Position numbers and translations under genes: made by a program. Below the pieces are notes generated by a model. That model made no database searches. It worked only from the letters and a program-made list of their open reading frames with translations, and was not told where the DNA came from. A DNA stretch of 64,000 bases from positions 32,001-96,000 of the forward strand of contig JAXGJB010000004.1 of the NCBI GenBank assembly GCA_040770465.1, read 5' to 3'. Origin of the DNA: Methanothrix sp. Its GTDB lineage: Archaea; Halobacteriota; Methanosarcinia; Methanotrichales; Methanotrichaceae. This document shows, piece after piece, positions 60,611-64,000 of the stretch; within the stretch, counting starts at the first letter, position 1; the number at the start of each line of letters is the position of its first letter.

Positions 60611-61284
60611 CTCCGGATCCCGGAGAGGAGGTCCTCCAGCGCCCTCTTCTGATCTTTTGCCTTGATGATCCCCGAGGCGAGAAGAACCCCAACCGAACCC
60701 AGATCGAGGGCGGCTTTGAGGTCCTCGCCCCGGCTGATCCCAGCGCCGCAGAGGACGCCGACCTCGGGCTCGATCCTCTTCACAGCCTCGACAGACCCCG
60801 TGACGACCCCCGGATCGGCCTTGGAGACGGGAATGCCGCTACCTATCAACTCCGGGGGCTCCACAGCCACATAGTCGGGCTTGATGGCGGCCGCCGCCCT
60901 GGTGGTGGCGATGTTGTTGGTGCAGACGATCGTCGAAAGGCCCTCTGCCCTGCAGGCCGCGATGGACGCCTCGATCTCCGAGAGCTTCAGCCTCCTCTCC
61001 GAATGGTTTATCAGGGTGCCGCTGGCCCCGGCGGACTTGACCGAGGCGGCGGTTACGTGACCTGTGTAGCCGCCAAACCCGACGCCGTCGACGTGCTGAG
61101 CGTATACCGGGATCGAGACGTTCTCCGAGATGAGCCGGATGTCCGCCGCCTGGGGGACCACCACCATCTCCACATCGTACTGATCTTTCGCCTCCTCACA
61201 GATCCGAGAGAGCTTCAGGGCCTCCTCGCCCGTCGCCTCTGCGTAAGTCTTGAAGTTGAGAACTACCTTCGTCATCATCATCAC
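60607..61284 (-). CDS. tpiA: Triosephosphate isomerase (archaeal type)
   Basis: NFKTY, AQHVD, NHSE, EPPELIG, CGAGI, GVLLASG. Confidence 0.95.
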   Translation of the reverse strand: MMMMTKVVLNFKTYAEATGEEALKLSRICEEAKDQYDVEMVVVPQAADIRLISENVSIPVYAQHVDGVGFGGYTGHVTAASVKSAGASGTLINHSERRLKLSEIEASIAACRAEGLSTIVCTNNIATTRAAAAIKPDYVAVEPPELIGSGIPVSKADPGVVTGSVEAVKRIEPEVGVLCGAGISRGEDLKAALDLGSVGVLLASGIIKAKDQKRALEDLLSGIRR

Positions 61285-61592
61285 CTGCGGCCGGGAATCC
61301 TTTGCATAGCTTCGAGTTGGGGCCGCTTAATTATAGTTCAATCGACGCATATTTTTCGACGGAAGGACATCGCCTTCAAGGGGAGCCCACCCCTACCTGC
61401 GGGATCCGTCTCCTGGGTATGACGGATGATCTGGTCATTGGGCCGTCATCGCCGTGATGCATCTCCGTTCGGATTCTTCTGATTCGAGTCCCTTCTTATG
61501 AGATAAAATCGTGATGGTGCAGCCTCCGATGGCCGAAGTCGTCAACGAACGGAAGGTTGCTGGAACGGATCCCGCCTCATCCGGGAGACCCG

Positions 61593-62000
61593 TCAGATCA
61601 TGACGCTGGTCTTGAGTATGTACTTTATCAAATCCTCCGATAGCTTGGTCTCTCTTTTTACCAAAGTTACGATCTCGTCAATTTTCCGCCCTTCTGACAT
61701 CAGTTTAGATAATCTCCCTATGACGTCCTCGCTGATCTCATAGTACTCGTCGATGTCTTTTCTGTGACCCCAGACGTCTCCTCTGAGAAGCTCCACACCC
61801 TGAATCTCCAGAAACTGGCGTGCAGCCTTGGACATGGTCCTGTAGTAGGATGGGGGTGTCTGAACGGTCCGGATCCTTGGGCATCTCTGTATCAGCGCCA
61901 TCACGTCCATATTCGACGGCCTGAAGGCCAGATGGATCATCTGCTCGTTGGGGTTCAGCTCCGGGATCTCCTCTTTCGAACTCACAACCCTCAGTCTCAT
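61593..62000 (-). CDS. DUF1699 family protein
   Basis: RVVSS.EEI..L..NE...HLAFRPSN, GDVWGHRKDI.EY. Confidence 0.85.
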   Translation of the reverse strand: MRLRVVSSKEEIPELNPNEQMIHLAFRPSNMDVMALIQRCPRIRTVQTPPSYYRTMSKAARQFLEIQGVELLRGDVWGHRKDIDEYYEISEDVIGRLSKLMSEGRKIDEIVTLVKRETKLSEDLIKYILKTSVMI

Positions 62001-62073
62001 GATGCATAGTATGATACTAAAATATTTATACATAGTGGTTATCCTCAAATTTCGGCTTTCCGGACTTTTAGGA

Positions 62074-62087
62074 AAAATACGTATTTT
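62074..62087. promoter_or_regulatory. Perfect 14-bp palindrome aaaatacgtatttt, candidate operator
   Basis: Lies in the AT-rich region upstream of the DUF1699 gene. Confidence 0.4.
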
Positions 62088-62271
62088 AGAAAATATTCAC
62101 GTAAACTCAAAAGCCGGAGAAATTATGTCGGCTGTTTTTCTGGAGGCGGCCGAGAGGCCGGCGGCATGGGAAAACTCGAAGATCGGAAAAAGAGAAGGAG
62201 GGTCAAAGGTACGGGGCCAATCGCCATGAGGGCCGTCGCCCAAAGACCATCGTGAGGTGTCAGAAAGCCGA

Positions 62272-63339
62272 TCAGAAAGCCGATCCGGCGCCGTTTCTCC
62301 GTCGGTCTTGCCTCGACCTGAAGGATGAAATGGCCTTCGCAGAGCTTGAGAGGCAGCGGGCCGCCATCTTCTGGCTCGGCCAGGAGCCAAGGCCGCAGTC
62401 CGGCCCGGCGTACCGAACCCGGTCGCCGAAGAGGCGGCAGGCTTCGGCGAGCCTTCTCTCCATCAGCTCGACGGTCTCGATCGCGAAGACCTCTCTCTCC
62501 AGCCGATCGGGATCTCGCCAGAGGTTCGTATCAAGCCGATCGTTCAGCTGAGCCACCAGGGCGTTGATGTCTGTCCTCGCGATGCCGGCTCTGATGAAGG
62601 CGTCGTTCTCCGCCAGAACATCCCGATCGACGAGCTTGAGGTAGTCGGGATTTCCTGCCGACTCGACCCCGATGACGTTGATCCCAGGGACGCGGGAGCA
62701 TAGGTCGGCCATCAGAGGCGAGTGGAGATGGACCTCGCAGTCGATCTTCGCGCAGGGGCGGGCGGCGATCTCCAGGGCCTCCGAGATCTGGTCGTCGGTG
62801 AAGATGACGTTCGGGCTGATCCCCAGGCTAGGCTCGTCTATGGAGGCGACGGCGACATCGAAGTGGCGGGCTTTCAGCGCCATCTCAAGAAACCTCGCGA
62901 CGCTTTTCGCGAGGTTTTCGAGGATGTCGGCGTAGTCGGTGGCGCCGAACCGGGCGAGGTAGAGCTCGACGGGTCCGGTGACGCATACCCTCGCCTGAAG
63001 CCTTTTTCCACCCACACCCTCTCCCTCATCCACCCGTTCCATCTCTTTACCCAGGGACTCCAGCGCCTCAAGCTCCAGGATCCGGGCATCCTCCGACCGG
63101 ACGATGTAGGGGCTCTCGGAACGAGCGGGGTCCTCGATGGGGTCCATGAACATCTTGATCATGTCCCGAAACTGGGGGTAGGTGGGCCGCTCGACTCCGG
63201 CCTCGATCTTCTGGGCCATGGCGTCCCTGACCAGCGCGAGATACGAGTCGCCCGAGGGGAGGCTCTCCCTGGTCATGCCCGTCGGGAGGGGGTAGCTTCC
63301 GATGTCGTCGAAGATTATCGCGGGTTCCGTGCTCGTCAT
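62272..63339 (-). CDS. Core (MetE C-terminal-like) methionine synthase
   Basis: DDIGSYP, YPQFRDM..F, CVTGP, IDEPS, HLH, GPDCGL. Confidence 0.8.
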   Translation of the reverse strand: MTSTEPAIIFDDIGSYPLPTGMTRESLPSGDSYLALVRDAMAQKIEAGVERPTYPQFRDMIKMFMDPIEDPARSESPYIVRSEDARILELEALESLGKEMERVDEGEGVGGKRLQARVCVTGPVELYLARFGATDYADILENLAKSVARFLEMALKARHFDVAVASIDEPSLGISPNVIFTDDQISEALEIAARPCAKIDCEVHLHSPLMADLCSRVPGINVIGVESAGNPDYLKLVDRDVLAENDAFIRAGIARTDINALVAQLNDRLDTNLWRDPDRLEREVFAIETVELMERRLAEACRLFGDRVRYAGPDCGLGSWPSQKMAARCLSSSAKAISSFRSRQDRRRNGAGSAF

Positions 63340-63363
63340 TCAGATCGCCTCCAATCGCCTCCA

Positions 63364-64000
63364 TCAGGAGAAGAGCTTCGATAGCTTCTCCTTAAAGGCC
63401 TGGTACTCTCCTGCCACCAGATCGAACCGCTCGTCCATCTCGTCGAGGCGGGAGAGGCCGGCGGGAACCGGCGGCTCAAGGCCGACGGCCCTGACCACCT
63501 CTTCGGGAAACTTGGCGGGGTCGGCGGTCTCAAGAGAGACGCATGGGCTCCAGTCCTCGACCTCTTTGAGGTACCGAGAAAGGCCCGCCCAGCCGACGGC
63601 CCCGTGAGGTTCCAGGAGCGCATCAAACCTGTTGTAGGCGTCGGAGATCGTACGCCGGGTCTCGGCATCGGTGACCGAGACCGCGAAGATCTCCCGCCTC
63701 ATCGCCTCGATCTCGGGCGCCCGAACGACCCGGCCGGTCTCGTCCATCTCTCCGCCGTAGAGCCAGAAGACCCGGGCGAGGTTGGAGGGGTGGCCGACGT
63801 TCATTGCGTTGGAGATGCATTTGACGGAGGGGCTTATCGGCCGGTAGTCGCCGGTCGCCATGAACCGCGGAAACTCGTCGTTCTCATTCGTCGCTATCAC
63901 GAACCGATGGACGGGAAGGCCCATCCTCATGGCGATGAGCCCCGCCATGACGTTTCCGAAGTTGCCGCAGGGGACGGAGAAGACGATCTCGCGGTCTGGG
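63364..64000 (-). CDS. thrC: Threonine synthase, C-terminal part (5' end beyond window)
   Basis: FSVPCGNFGN, ATNEND, SNAMNVGHPSN..R, EPHGAV, ETA.PAKF. Confidence 0.9.
   Translation of the reverse strand, partial: PDREIVFSVPCGNFGNVMAGLIAMRMGLPVHRFVIATNENDEFPRFMATGDYRPISPSVKCISNAMNVGHPSNLARVFWLYGGEMDETGRVVRAPEIEAMRREIFAVSVTDAETRRTISDAYNRFDALLEPHGAVGWAGLSRYLKEVEDWSPCVSLETADPAKFPEEVVRAVGLEPPVPAGLSRLDEMDERFDLVAGEYQAFKEKLSKLFS

Noticed and set aside
60133-60692. N-terminal extensions of the 445-aa and 187-aa track ORFs
   Set aside because: They overlap the ferredoxin and acylphosphatase genes; true starts are at 60132 and 60317

Overview
GC-rich archaeal chromosome segment, most consistent with a Methanothrix (Methanosaeta)-like methanogen; the taxon is inferred from gene content (methanogenesis marker 16, cysteate synthase, ComD/ComE, DUF2117/DUF2098/DUF1699, geranylgeranyl reductase, NosD/DUF11-type surface proteins). 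In order it carries: the 3' end of aRF1 and housekeeping genes; LarA-DUF58-MoxR; a Cache-HAMP-SpoIIE sensor with a degenerate active site; a class II photolyase; a block of exported/surface protein genes including a 2222-aa beta-helix protein; an interrupted coenzyme M biosynthesis cluster with an uncharacterised ATPase/GTPase/Fe-S trio; an ~18 kb surface-glycan locus (RmlABCD, Wzm/Wzt, a methyltransferase-coiled coil-double GT2 protein, GT2/GT4s, frameshifted AglB); then transport and housekeeping genes ending in a partial thrC. I found no rRNA, complete tRNA, CRISPR array or intact transposase. Best leads: the WsaE-like terminator/ruler/polymerase glycan system, the CoM-linked accessory trio, and an unannotated AT-rich small-peptide/sRNA locus near 57.7-58.3 kb. 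All family calls are by motif recognition, not database search.
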